Positions 1 to 8,895 of a DNA stretch of 64,000 nt are shown here, piece by piece (position 1 is the first letter of the stretch; every line of letters starts with the position of its first letter). Origin of the DNA: Spongiactinospora sp. TRM90649 (GTDB lineage: Bacteria; Actinomycetota; Actinomycetes; Streptosporangiales; Streptosporangiaceae); the NCBI RefSeq assembly GCF_029382225.1, contig NZ_JARLTC010000013.1, positions 78,657 through 142,656 on the forward strand, in the 5' to 3' direction. The notes beneath the pieces were generated by a model. It made no database searches. It worked only from the letters and a program-made list of their open reading frames with translations, and was not told the origin of the DNA. A program made the translations under genes and the position numbers.

Positions 1-606
1 ACCCAGACCGCCAGGAACGACACGCTGCTCATCGCGCCGGTGGTACTGGCCGTCATCCTGCTCATCCTGATCGCGCTGCTGCGCTCGCTCGTGACGCCGC
101 TGCTCCTGGTGGTCACCGTGGCGCTGAACTTCCTGGCCACGCTCGGCGTCTCCACGCTGGTCTTCACGCACCTGTTCGGGTTCACCGGCATCGACGCGTC
201 CGTGCCGCTGTACGGCTTCGTCTTCCTGGTCGCCCTGGGCGTCGACTACAACATCTTCCTGATGTCCAGGGTGCGCGAGGAGACCATGACACTCGGCGCG
301 CGGGAAGGGATGCTGCGCGGGCTGGTCACCACCGGCGGGGTGATCACCTCGGCGGGCGTGGTGCTGGCCGCGACCTTCGCGGCCCTGGTGGTGATCCCGC
401 TGGCGTTCCTCGCCCAGATCGCGTTCATCGTGGCCTTCGGCGTGCTGCTCGACACCCTGGTCGTACGCTCCCTGCTGGTGCCCGCCCTGGTCCGCGACCT
501 CGGCCCCCGCGCCTGGTGGCCCGGTTCCCCCGGGATCAGCACCAGAGGCTGGACCCCGGGGTCGACATCAGCCGAACCTCGTACTCGTTCCCCGAAAGGC
601 CGGTGA
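1..606 (+). CDS. MMPL/RND-superfamily transporter, C-terminal fragment (gene begins upstream of window)
   Basis: ORF 40..606 is open from the window edge. Multi-TM hydrophobic helices typical of MMPL C-terminal TM bundle (LVALGVDYNIFLMSRVREE motif), with high GC3. Confidence 0.8.
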   Translation, partial: TQTARNDTLLIAPVVLAVILLILIALLRSLVTPLLLVVTVALNFLATLGVSTLVFTHLFGFTGIDASVPLYGFVFLVALGVDYNIFLMSRVREETMTLGAREGMLRGLVTTGGVITSAGVVLAATFAALVVIPLAFLAQIAFIVAFGVLLDTLVVRSLLVPALVRDLGPRAWWPGSPGISTRGWTPGSTSAEPRTRSPKGR

Positions 607-997
607 CCACGAGCGTGACCAGCTTCTCGTCGATCGCCTTGACGAAGCAGCCCTCGTTCTTGGACGCCGTCCAGCCGTCCCTGCGAGCGGCCTTCCGGTA
701 GTAGGCGTCCGCGGCCGTCTCGGAACCCGACAGCCAGTAGGTCTGGGAGACGGTCGTGGCGCGGGCGTCGTCCTCGCAATGACTCTCGCGTTCCCCCTGC
801 CGGGCGCCGGCGGGGCGGGCGTCCAGAATGCCGAGCGTGGCCAGGCGCTCCGCCATCCGATCGTCTGAGGGCCCACATCCGTATCCGATCACGAAGTACA
901 GGATCGTCGGCAGGGAGACAAGAGGAAGGATCACGATCGCCGCAAAGGCCACGCAACCGATCAGAGCCACCAACGTGGTCACCGACTGCTTCATCAT
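536..997 (-). CDS. hypothetical membrane-anchored protein
   Basis: 153-aa ORF with an N-terminal TM helix and a soluble C-terminal part. It converges on and overlaps the MMPL 3' end by ~70 nt. No family recognised. Confidence 0.4.
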   Translation of the reverse strand: MMKQSVTTLVALIGCVAFAAIVILPLVSLPTILYFVIGYGCGPSDDRMAERLATLGILDARPAGARQGERESHCEDDARATTVSQTYWLSGSETAADAYYRKAARRDGWTASKNEGCFVKAIDEKLVTLVVTGLSGNEYEVRLMSTPGSSLWC

Positions 998-1000
998 CGG

Positions 1001-1480
1001 ATGATAATTCGGATCATGACGATGAACCTCCGGTTAGCACCGATCACGCCCGCCAACATCGATACCGCGCTCGCCGTCGAGGTGCGGCCCGACCAGGGGC
1101 GGTTCGTGTCGCCCGTGATGAAGTCGCTGGCCGAGGCGTACGTGCACCCGCAGGTGGCGTGGCCGCGCCTGATCCTGGACGGTGACCGTCCCGTCGGATT
1201 CCTGATGGCCTTTCTCGGCATCGACTGGAACGGCAAGGGCCTCGACTTCCGCTCCGGCCTGTGGCGCCTCAACGTGGCCGCGGACGCCCAGGGGCGCGGC
1301 GTCGGGCGCTTCGCCGTCACCTCGGTCGCGGCCGAGGTACGCCGGCGCGGCGAGGCGCGGATGTACGTCACGTGGCACCCCGGCGACGACGGCCCGGAGG
1401 GCTTCTACCGCAAGCTCGGATTCCGGCTGACGGGCGAGGAGTGCGAAGGCGAGACGGTCGGCGTCCTGGACCTCGCATGA
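1001..1480 (+). CDS. GNAT family N-acetyltransferase (start may be ATG at 1016 or 1022)
   Basis: Acetyl-CoA binding-like motif region RGVGRFAVTSVAAEVRRRGEARMYVTW and FYRKLGF, typical of GNAT fold. ~155 aa. Confidence 0.75.
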   Translation: MIIRIMTMNLRLAPITPANIDTALAVEVRPDQGRFVSPVMKSLAEAYVHPQVAWPRLILDGDRPVGFLMAFLGIDWNGKGLDFRSGLWRLNVAADAQGRGVGRFAVTSVAAEVRRRGEARMYVTWHPGDDGPEGFYRKLGFRLTGEECEGETVGVLDLA

Positions 1481-1532
1481 ATGATCACGTGGCCCGTCGC
1501 CGACTCCGGAGTGGGGGGACTAGCGTGTCCTG

Positions 1533-1961
1533 ATGATGGAAAACGCTCAATCCTCGTCCCCGGTCGCCACGCCGGCGCGACGACAGGCCCGGCAGCCGCA
1601 GGACCTTCAGCCGCTTTTCGTCGAACGGGTCAACGACCGAGATCTGGAAGGTCTCGTGGAGCTCTACGAGACCGGCGCGGTGCTGCACTATCCGGCCGGG
1701 CACATCGCGCGAGGGCTGGAGGAGATCCGGCTGGTGCTGCGGGAATTCCTGGCCGCCGCCCCCCGCATGACCGCCGCCCCGGTCAGCGCGGTCCTGACCG
1801 GCGACCTGGCGCTGACCTCCGGGTTGTGGACCATGGAGATTCCCGGACCGGACGGCCGCCCCATCCACGCGTCCGGGAAGACGGCCGAGGTCGCGCGCCG
1901 CCAGGCCGACGGCACCTGGCGGATGATCATCGATGAGCCGGATTTCACGGCCACGAGCTGA
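1533..1961 (+). CDS. NTF2-like / SnoaL-like (DUF4440-type) small protein
   Basis: 142 aa. The pattern LFVERVNDRDLEGLVELYE...AVLHYP...GDLALTSGLWTM...DGTWRMIID is characteristic of SnoaL/ketosteroid-isomerase-like fold. Confidence 0.65.
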   Translation: MMENAQSSSPVATPARRQARQPQDLQPLFVERVNDRDLEGLVELYETGAVLHYPAGHIARGLEEIRLVLREFLAAAPRMTAAPVSAVLTGDLALTSGLWTMEIPGPDGRPIHASGKTAEVARRQADGTWRMIIDEPDFTATS

Positions 1962-1978
1962 CCTGAGGCCCTGCTCCG

Positions 1979-2434
1979 TCAGCGTGTGCGCCCGTCCCGG
2001 AGCAGGGCGATCGTCTCGGTGAGACGTCGCTGCCTGGTCTCGGGCCGCTTGGCTCCCTCGATCGCCATGACGAACCCCTGCTTCTTGGTGTAGGAGAGCC
2101 CGTCGAAGAACCTCTTGGCGTCCGTGTCACGACCGAGGGCCTCGGCGAGATCGGCCGGCACGGTCACCTCACGGGGTTCGGTGTCGAGTTCGAGGTCCAC
2201 CACGATGTCGTCGCCCGCGGCCACCCCCGCGCTCGTCCGGTTCCCCGCGTTGACCCCCAGCATGTACCGGCCGCCCATGGACGCCACGGTCGAGCGGTAG
2301 GTGTGGCCGTTGATCGTGACGCGGACCGGTGGCCGCCGTCCCGCTTTGAGGCCGGCGACGACCTCGTCGGGGACCTCAAACCCGGTGGCGGTCTTGCCGG
2401 CCGGTTGGAGCACGGTTCGGAATCTCATCGCCAC
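1979..2434 (-). CDS. DUF1905 / YdeI-OmpD-associated family protein
   Basis: N-terminal GKTATGFEVPDEVV (DUF1905) and C-terminal bacteriocin-protection YdeI-like region (RFFDGLSYTKKQGFVMAIEGAKRPETRQRRL). Confidence 0.7.
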   Translation of the reverse strand: MAMRFRTVLQPAGKTATGFEVPDEVVAGLKAGRRPPVRVTINGHTYRSTVASMGGRYMLGVNAGNRTSAGVAAGDDIVVDLELDTEPREVTVPADLAEALGRDTDAKRFFDGLSYTKKQGFVMAIEGAKRPETRQRRLTETIALLRDGRTR

Positions 2435-2440
2435 CGCCCG

Positions 2441-2992
2441 CTACGAATCGTCCGCGGGACGATAGGTCAGATGAAGGACTCCGGTACCGAACGTCACGGA
2501 GTCGACCAGCCGCAACGGCGTCCGCCGGCCGTCGTCGGCGAACAGACGCCCGCCGTGGCCCAGGACGATGGGGTGGACGAGCAGTTGGAGTTCGTCCAGG
2601 ACGTTCTCCCGCAGCAGTGACCGGACCAGGGTGGGGCTGCCGCTGATGGTGATGTTGTCGCCGGGTCCCTCCTTGAGCTTGGTGAGCTCGGTGGCGACGT
2701 CACCGACGATCAACGTGGAGTTGTGCCAGTGCACCGTGTCCAGGGTCGTGGAGGCGACCAGTTTGGGCATCGCGTTGATCCGCTTCGCCAGCGGCACCTC
2801 GTCGCCGCGCTGTGGCCAGGAGGCGGCGAACACCTCGTAGGTGGCCCGGCCGAGCAGCAAGGTGTCGGCCTGGTGGAACTGCTCGGCGACCACCTCGCCC
2901 ATCTGGTCGTCGTAGTAGGGGAAGTGCCAGTCCTCGGGGGCTTCCATGACCCCGTCCACGGACACGAACAACTGCGCGATGATCTTCCTCAT
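2441..2992 (-). CDS. dihydrofolate reductase family protein (RibD C-terminal domain-like)
   Basis: MRKIIAQLFVSVDGVMEAPEDWHFPYYDD...TISGSPTLVRSLL signature. ATG at 2992 is preceded by AGGAGAGG RBS. Confidence 0.8.
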   Translation of the reverse strand: MRKIIAQLFVSVDGVMEAPEDWHFPYYDDQMGEVVAEQFHQADTLLLGRATYEVFAASWPQRGDEVPLAKRINAMPKLVASTTLDTVHWHNSTLIVGDVATELTKLKEGPGDNITISGSPTLVRSLLRENVLDELQLLVHPIVLGHGGRLFADDGRRTPLRLVDSVTFGTGVLHLTYRPADDS

Positions 2993-3050
2993 GACCTCTC
3001 CTGTGGGGGGGACGCGCCTCTTCACACCGGGCGACCGGGACGGAGCGGCT

Positions 3051-3830
3051 CTACGCGGCGAAGAACTCGGCCAGGACGGGGGCGATGGCCGCCGGGTCGA
3101 CGTTGTGGGGCTGACCGGTCAGGGTGTGGCGCCGCGGGTCGGGCAGCGCGCCGGCGATCGCCTCGGCGGCGGCGGTGATCCACGGAATGGTCGCACCGTC
3201 GATCACGAGGGCGGGGACGGCGAGGGCGGCCAGCTGTTCGGTGGGCAGGGCGAAGTCGCCGGCGAGCTCGGCGTCGTAGGCCAGGGCGGGCGCGGTGGCT
3301 CCCATGCCCTCCCAGAACGGGCCGGCCTTCATCCCGGTGACGAACTCCTCCGGCATGAGCACCGCCTTGAGGAAGAACAGCTCCAGCATGTCGCCGTAAC
3401 GGCCCTGCCCGCGCAGCGCGAACTGCTGGTCGCGGTAGTCGGCGGGAACGGCCGGACGGGCGCCCGGGAGGATGTAGGGAACCTCCCACAGTGCCACCTT
3501 GGTGATGGCCAGGCCGTGGGCCGCGGCGCGGATGGCGAGGATCCCGCCGCCGGAGGTGCCGTACACCATCGCCGAGCCACCGGCCTCGGCGATCAGCGCC
3601 TCCAGGTCCTCCAGCTCGCGCTCCACCGCGTACGGCTCGGTGTCACCGCTGTCGCCCCGGCCACGCCGGTCGTAGTTGTAGACGGTGAAACCGGCGCCGG
3701 CCACGAGCTCGGCCACCGGCGCTTCCATCGACCGGTTGGTCGGCCCGCCGCCGATCAGGATGACCGCCGGCCCCTCACCCGTCCGGTCGTAGGCGATGGG
3801 AGTGCCGTCCGCGGAGATGACCTTGTTCAT
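3051..3830 (-). CDS. alpha/beta hydrolase
   Basis: 259 aa with GTSGGG nucleophile-elbow region. Divergent from a TetR gene. Confidence 0.8.
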   Translation of the reverse strand: MNKVISADGTPIAYDRTGEGPAVILIGGGPTNRSMEAPVAELVAGAGFTVYNYDRRGRGDSGDTEPYAVERELEDLEALIAEAGGSAMVYGTSGGGILAIRAAAHGLAITKVALWEVPYILPGARPAVPADYRDQQFALRGQGRYGDMLELFFLKAVLMPEEFVTGMKAGPFWEGMGATAPALAYDAELAGDFALPTEQLAALAVPALVIDGATIPWITAAAEAIAGALPDPRRHTLTGQPHNVDPAAIAPVLAEFFAA

Positions 3831-3925
3831 GGGTTTCCTTTCGGTTCGTTCAGAACTAGACCGTACAGTACCGTATGAGTACTGGCCCGTCTAGTTCTAA
3901 GCTGAGGAGGAGGAGAGGAACCCAC

Positions 3926-4570
3926 ATGACAGAGCTGCAACAGACGAGCCCGTCCCAAGATGAGGGCCGTTCGGCCCGCAAGCACAGAGCGATCATGGAA
4001 GCGGCCACCGAGCTGTTCCTGCGCAACGGCTATCAGGGCACCAGCATGGACGAGGTCGCCGCACTGGCCGCGGTGTCCAAGCAGACCGTCTACAAGCACT
4101 TCACCGACAAGGAACAACTGTTCAGCGCGATCATCATCGGCGCGACCGCCCGGGTCGGCGACTTCACCGCCATCGTCACCGAGTTCGCGGCCACCGAGAA
4201 CCTGGAGAAGGACCTGGGCGAGCTCGCGCGCCACTACATCACCGTGGTCATCCAGCCGCGAACGCTGCGGCTGCGCAGACTTCTCATCGCCGAGGCCGGC
4301 CGCTTCCCCGAGGTCGCGCGTGAGTACTACCAGCGGGCACCGGGACTCACGATCGACACGTTCGCCGACACGTTCCGCAAGCTCGACGGCCGCGGCCTGC
4401 TACGGATCGACGACCCGTCCCAGGCCGCCAGCCACTTCGCCTGGCTGATCCTGTCCCAGCCGATGGAAAAGGCCATGTTCTTCGGGGACGAGCAGCAGTA
4501 CACCCCGGCGGAGCTGCGGCGCTTCGCAGACGAAGGAGTCCGCGTGTTCCTGGCCGCCTACCGGATCTGA
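3926..4570 (+). CDS. TetR/AcrR family transcriptional regulator
   Basis: N-terminal HTH RKHRAIMEAATELFLRNGYQGTSMDEVAALAAVSKQTVYKHF. GGAGGAGGAG RBS upstream of ATG 3926. Confidence 0.85.
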   Translation: MTELQQTSPSQDEGRSARKHRAIMEAATELFLRNGYQGTSMDEVAALAAVSKQTVYKHFTDKEQLFSAIIIGATARVGDFTAIVTEFAATENLEKDLGELARHYITVVIQPRTLRLRRLLIAEAGRFPEVAREYYQRAPGLTIDTFADTFRKLDGRGLLRIDDPSQAASHFAWLILSQPMEKAMFFGDEQQYTPAELRRFADEGVRVFLAAYRI

Positions 4571-4646
4571 CCGAAGGCGTCCTGTCGATGAGACCGGCGG
4601 CCGGAAGGGGCGGCGGCGCTTCCGGCACCTGTCCATCGTGGCCGGT

Positions 4647-6344
4647 CTATCGTGACGGGTCCGCCCGGCGTGCCCGCAGCCACCGGCACGCGTAGGCGTC
4701 CAGGGAGAGCGACGCGGTGCCGTCCGCGGACACCCGGGTGGTCCCGTCCACCAGCAGGTCGGCCAGCTCGCAGCCCTCGTCCATGTCCGCCAGCGGCAGT
4801 TCCACCCGCACCTCCCGGTCGGTCAGGTTGTGCAGGACGACCTTGACGCCGTCGGACATCCCGTCGCCCAGCCCGTCGCCGGTGTCGCAGCGGTGGGCCA
4901 GCACCCCGGGCTCGCCCACGTCCAGAACCTCGTACCGGCCCCAGGCGAACTCCGGGCACTCCCGGTACCGCTCGGCCAGCATCCGCACCCACGACAGCAG
5001 GGAGTCGCGGTCGCGCGCCTGGGCGGCCACGTTGACGTGCTCGGGGCCGTACGCGCCCGGCACCGGGCGGGCGGGGAAGCGTTCGGGATCCGCCTGGGAG
5101 AAGCCGCCGCCGGGGCCGGCCGTCCACTGCATGGGGGTGCGCACCGCCAGGCGGCCCTCGTTGCCCAGGTCCTCGCCCATGCCGATCTCCTCGCCGTAGA
5201 ACAGCACGGGGGTGCCGGGCAGGGAGAAGAGCAGGCTGTAGACCATCTTGATCCGGCGCGCGTCGCCGTCCAGCATCGGCGGCAGGCGACGGCGCAGGCC
5301 CCGGCCGTACAACCGCATCTCCTTCTCGGGGCCGAACGCGGCGAAGACCTCCTGGCGCTCCTCCTCGGTGAGGCGGTCCAGGGTGAGTTCGTCATGGTTG
5401 CGGACGAACGTCGCCCAATGGCCGTCACGCGGCGGCGGCGGACGCTCGCGCAGCGCCCTGGCCAGCGGCCCCGCGTCGCGCCGGGCCAGTGACAGGTACA
5501 TGCTCTGCATGCCGATGAAGTCGAAGCACATGGTCAGCTCGTCGCCGGTGCCGTCGGCGTCGCCGAAGAACGGCATGGCGTCCGGGTACGGCAGGTTCAC
5601 CTCGCCAAGCAGCACCGCCTCGCCGTCGCGCCGGGTCATGAACTGCCGCAGGTCGGCCAGGTACTCGTGCGGATCGGGCAGCGCGCCTGCGTCGTCCTGG
5701 CCCGAGGTCTCCAGCAGGAACGGCACCGCGTCCACCCGGAAGCCCGACAGGCCCAGCGTCATCCAGAAGCCCATGATCCTGGCGATCTCCTCGCGGACCG
5801 CCGGATTCGCCACGTTCAGGTCGGGCTGATGCTTGTAGAAGCGGTGCAGGTAGTACTGCCCGGTCTCGTCGTCGCGGGTCCACAGGCTGTGCTCCTTGTC
5901 GGGGAACACCACCCCATGGGGACCGTCGGCGGGCGGCTCGTCCTGCCACACATACCAGTCCCGGTACGGGGAGTCGAGGCTCGCGCGCGACTCCTGGAAC
6001 CACGGGTGCCGGTCCGAGGTGTGGTTGACGACCAGGTCGGCGATGACCCGGATGCCACGGTCGCGCGCGGTGCGGGTGAACTCCACGAAGTCGCCCAGCG
6101 TGCCCAGCCGGGGATCGACGTTGTAGAAGTCGATGATGTCGTAGCCGTCGTCGCGGTCCGGGGTGGGAAAGAACGGCATCAGCCAGACGCATGTGACGCC
6201 CAGGCGATCCAGGTAGTCCACCTGCTGGGCCAGGCCGCGGAAGTCACCGACGCCGTCCCCGTTCGCGTCCCGGAACGTCTCCACGTCCAGGCAGTAGATG
6301 ATCGCGTTCTTCCACCACAGGTCGGCCGTCCGGGTCAGCTTCAC
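4647..6344 (-). CDS. GH13 alpha-amylase-family glycoside hydrolase, trehalose-synthase-like
   Basis: GH13 catalytic regions DGYDIIDFYNVDP, GIRVIADLVVNHTSDRHPWF, GFRVDAVPFL, EVN, FVRNHDELTL. The true start is probably GTG at 6344, overlapping the upstream gene stop (GTGA). The upstream part of the 655-aa ORF is an R-rich artefact. Confidence 0.8.
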   Translation of the reverse strand: MKLTRTADLWWKNAIIYCLDVETFRDANGDGVGDFRGLAQQVDYLDRLGVTCVWLMPFFPTPDRDDGYDIIDFYNVDPRLGTLGDFVEFTRTARDRGIRVIADLVVNHTSDRHPWFQESRASLDSPYRDWYVWQDEPPADGPHGVVFPDKEHSLWTRDDETGQYYLHRFYKHQPDLNVANPAVREEIARIMGFWMTLGLSGFRVDAVPFLLETSGQDDAGALPDPHEYLADLRQFMTRRDGEAVLLGEVNLPYPDAMPFFGDADGTGDELTMCFDFIGMQSMYLSLARRDAGPLARALRERPPPPRDGHWATFVRNHDELTLDRLTEEERQEVFAAFGPEKEMRLYGRGLRRRLPPMLDGDARRIKMVYSLLFSLPGTPVLFYGEEIGMGEDLGNEGRLAVRTPMQWTAGPGGGFSQADPERFPARPVPGAYGPEHVNVAAQARDRDSLLSWVRMLAERYRECPEFAWGRYEVLDVGEPGVLAHRCDTGDGLGDGMSDGVKVVLHNLTDREVRVELPLADMDEGCELADLLVDGTTRVSADGTASLSLDAYACRWLRARRADPSR

Positions 6345-7312
6345 CGGGCAGTCCCCTCCGCCAGCCGAGGCAGGACCTCGGCCCCGAACGCCTCCAGGAA
6401 ATCCCGTTGATCCCGTCCCACGTGATGCAGATAGATCTGGTCGAACCCCAGCCCGGCGTACTCGTGCAGCCACTCGGCGTGCCGCGTGAGGTCCGAACTG
6501 ACGTTGACGACCTCGGCGACCCGCTCGGGCGGCACGTGCTCGGCGGCGGCGTCGAATTGCTCGACCATCGCGAGGTCCCAGCACACCGGCGGCGCGAACA
6601 CGTTCGTCCGCCACTGCTCATGGGCGATCCGCACGGCCTCGGCCTCTTCGGGGGCCCAGCTCAGATGCACCTGCAGGCACACCGGTCCGCGCCCCCCGGC
6701 GTCCCGATAGGCCGCCACCATCCCGCGCAGCACCTCCGGCGCGGCGTTCACGGTGATCAGGCCGTCCGCCCACGACGCGCACCACCGCGCCGTCTCCTCG
6801 CTGACGGCCGCCCCCAGCAACGGCGGCACCGGCTCGGGCAACGTCCACAACCGGGCCCGATCCACCGTGACCAGCCCTTCGTGGCTGACCTCCTGCCCGT
6901 CCAGCAGCCGCCGCATCACCTCCACGCACTCCCCCAGGCGCGCGTTGCGCACGTCCTTCCGTGGCCACGGCTCCCCCGTCACATGCTCGTTGGCCGCCTC
7001 CCCGCTCCCCAGCGCCGCCCAGAACCGCCCCGGGAACATCGCCCCCAACGTCCCGATCGCCTGCGCCACGATCGCCGGGTGATACCGCTGGCCCGGCGCG
7101 TTCACCACCCCGAACGGCAGCCGCGTGGCCTGCAACGCCGCCCCCAGCCAGGCCCAGGCGAACCCCGACTCCCCCTGCCGCTCGCTCCACGGAGCGAAGT
7201 GGTCGGAACACATCGCCGCCGCGAACCCCGCCCGCTCGGCCCGCACCACCGCTTCCAGCAGGTCCCCCGGCGGCACCTGCTCATGCGAGGCATGAAATCC
7301 ATACACAGCCAT
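6341..7312 (-). CDS. LLM-class F420-dependent oxidoreductase (luciferase-like monooxygenase family)
   Basis: MAVYGFHASHEQ...AGFAAAMCSDHFAPW...GAMFPGRFWAALGSGEAANEH is typical of TIGR03557/03885-type F420-dependent LLM enzymes. ATG at 7312. The stop overlaps the GTG start of the GH13 gene. Confidence 0.8.
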   Translation of the reverse strand: MAVYGFHASHEQVPPGDLLEAVVRAERAGFAAAMCSDHFAPWSERQGESGFAWAWLGAALQATRLPFGVVNAPGQRYHPAIVAQAIGTLGAMFPGRFWAALGSGEAANEHVTGEPWPRKDVRNARLGECVEVMRRLLDGQEVSHEGLVTVDRARLWTLPEPVPPLLGAAVSEETARWCASWADGLITVNAAPEVLRGMVAAYRDAGGRGPVCLQVHLSWAPEEAEAVRIAHEQWRTNVFAPPVCWDLAMVEQFDAAAEHVPPERVAEVVNVSSDLTRHAEWLHEYAGLGFDQIYLHHVGRDQRDFLEAFGAEVLPRLAEGTAR

Positions 7313-7335
7313 GCCCGACCGGTTACCCGGGAGGA

Positions 7336-7700
7336 CGCCCGGCTCACATCGCGGCGTTGAGCGCGGTGGTGGCGCGGAGGGCGGCCTGGAAGCCGGAGGC
7401 GGCGGCGAGTTCCATGTTGCCGAGGTCGCCGAAGTAGTCGCCGCAGAAGTGGACGCCGACGTCGGTGCGGCGGCTGTGGCGGAGCATCGGCTCGAAGGAG
7501 AAGCCGGGGCGGCGGTAGGGGATGCCGTCTTCCCAGCGCCGGATCCTGATCTCGCCGAGGTGGCCGCGCGACCGGGGAACGGCGCCACGATGTCGTCGGC
7601 GTAGCGCGACTCCACGGCGCCGTCCTCCAGGTCCAGCATCCTGCGTGCTCCGTCGCCTCCGGCGTACACCATGAGGCTGCCGCCCGGACGGCGGGCGCGG
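7336..7700 (-). pseudogene. remnant of FAD-dependent amine-oxidase-like oxidoreductase (C-terminal ~110 aa, frameshifted, no N-terminus)
   Basis: Two frames together read ...MVYAGGDGARRMLDLEDGAVESRYADDIVAPFPG / RSRGHLGEIRIRRWEDGIPYRRPGFSFEPMLRHSRRTDVGVHFCGDYFGDLGNMELAAASGFQAALRATTALNAAM*. This matches the conserved C-terminus of flavin amine oxidases. No Rossmann GxGxxG N-terminus is present. Confidence 0.5.
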
Positions 7701-8142
7701 CCGGCGCGCAGTGGGTCGGTGGTTGAACAGCGGGCCTCCCCGAGCCCCTGGCCATCTGGTGCGGGCACCGATGGGTTAAACATCTTTGACATCGCGTTAA
7801 AGAAGTCATACATTACCGGCATGTCGAACGAAGAAGAGGCCGCCTGGGCTTGTCAGCGCCAGTGACGGCGAGCTGATCCCGGCACCCCACGCACCCACCC
7901 AGCAGCGGACGATCGCCGCCGCCCTCCTGGCGGAAATCGCCAGGGACACCGCCCGCTCCGGTGGATCCCCCAGCGGCTGGTTCCCCGCCGCCTACCGCCA
8001 CACGTGTAAGCACCGCGCTTCACCCACAGCGAGACGACTCAGGCCGAACCGGCCGAACGCATCGGCGTCCCCCGAAGCGGCCCTCCAAAGCGCGGCAGTC
8101 TTCCGCGCCCCCTCAACGACATCTCCAATACGCGGAGGAATC

Positions 8143-8838
8143 ATGAAACCCGTCGCCCGCCTGACCGGCGTCTTATACCTCATCGTCGCGATCCTCGGCG
8201 GCTTCGCCCAGCTGTACGTCCGGGCGAGCGTCTACGTCCCCGGCGACGCCGCCAAGACCACCGAGAACGTGGTCGCCAACGCCACCCTGTTCCGCCTCGG
8301 CTTCCTCGCCGACCTCGTACAGGTCACCTGCTTTCTGGGGGTGGCCCTTCTCCTGCACCAGCTCTTCAGGCGCACCTCAGAAGGACTGGCCCGCGCGATG
8401 CTGGTCCTCATGTCCGTAGCGGTCTCGATGATCTGCCTCAACCTGCTCAACCATTTCGCCGCCCTCCTGGTCGCCACCTCCCCGTCCTACGCCACCGCCT
8501 TCGGCGGCCCCGAAGGCTCGCAGGCCATGGTGCTCCTCCTCCTCGAACTACACCGCTACGGCTACCTACTGGCGCAGATGTTCTTCGGCCTGTGGATGCT
8601 CCCCGCCGGCCTGCTGGCCCGCCGCTCCGGCCTCTTCCCCAAACCGCTGGGCATCCTCCTCATCGCGGGCAGCGCCGGTTACCTGATCGACCTGTTCGCC
8701 CAGTTCACCATCCCTGAGACGGCCGGAACCCTGGCCCCCTTCGTCCTGACGACCGCAACCGTGGCCGAGGTATGGCTCCTCGCCTACCTCCTCTCCATCG
8801 GCGTCCGCACCCCCAAAACCGCACCCGCCAGCGCATGA
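8143..8838 (+). CDS. DUF4386 domain membrane protein
   Basis: MKPVARLTGVLYLIVAILGGFAQLYV plus 6-7 TM helices, typical of the DUF4386 family. Confidence 0.7.
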   Translation: MKPVARLTGVLYLIVAILGGFAQLYVRASVYVPGDAAKTTENVVANATLFRLGFLADLVQVTCFLGVALLLHQLFRRTSEGLARAMLVLMSVAVSMICLNLLNHFAALLVATSPSYATAFGGPEGSQAMVLLLLELHRYGYLLAQMFFGLWMLPAGLLARRSGLFPKPLGILLIAGSAGYLIDLFAQFTIPETAGTLAPFVLTTATVAEVWLLAYLLSIGVRTPKTAPASA

Positions 8839-8895
8839 GGGTCCCATCCACAGCCAACGGAACCCCGCCGGCCCGACGCGTGCGCACGCCCACCC

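Noticed and set aside
246-956. Long Arg/Pro/Gly-rich ORFs on the strand opposite to, or out of frame with, real genes (e.g. 246..956-, 4558..5127-, 24985..26982-, 38511..40133+, 40208..41971+, 54714..56198-)
   Set aside because: These are typical shadow ORFs of a 72% GC genome. They have low-complexity R/P/G composition and always overlap a well-supported gene in another frame.
6341-7822. 493-aa ORF upstream extension of the LLM oxidoreductase
   Set aside because: The extension is a fortuitous in-frame read-through into the amine-oxidase pseudogene remnant. The LLM start is at MAVYGFHAS (7312), matching family length.
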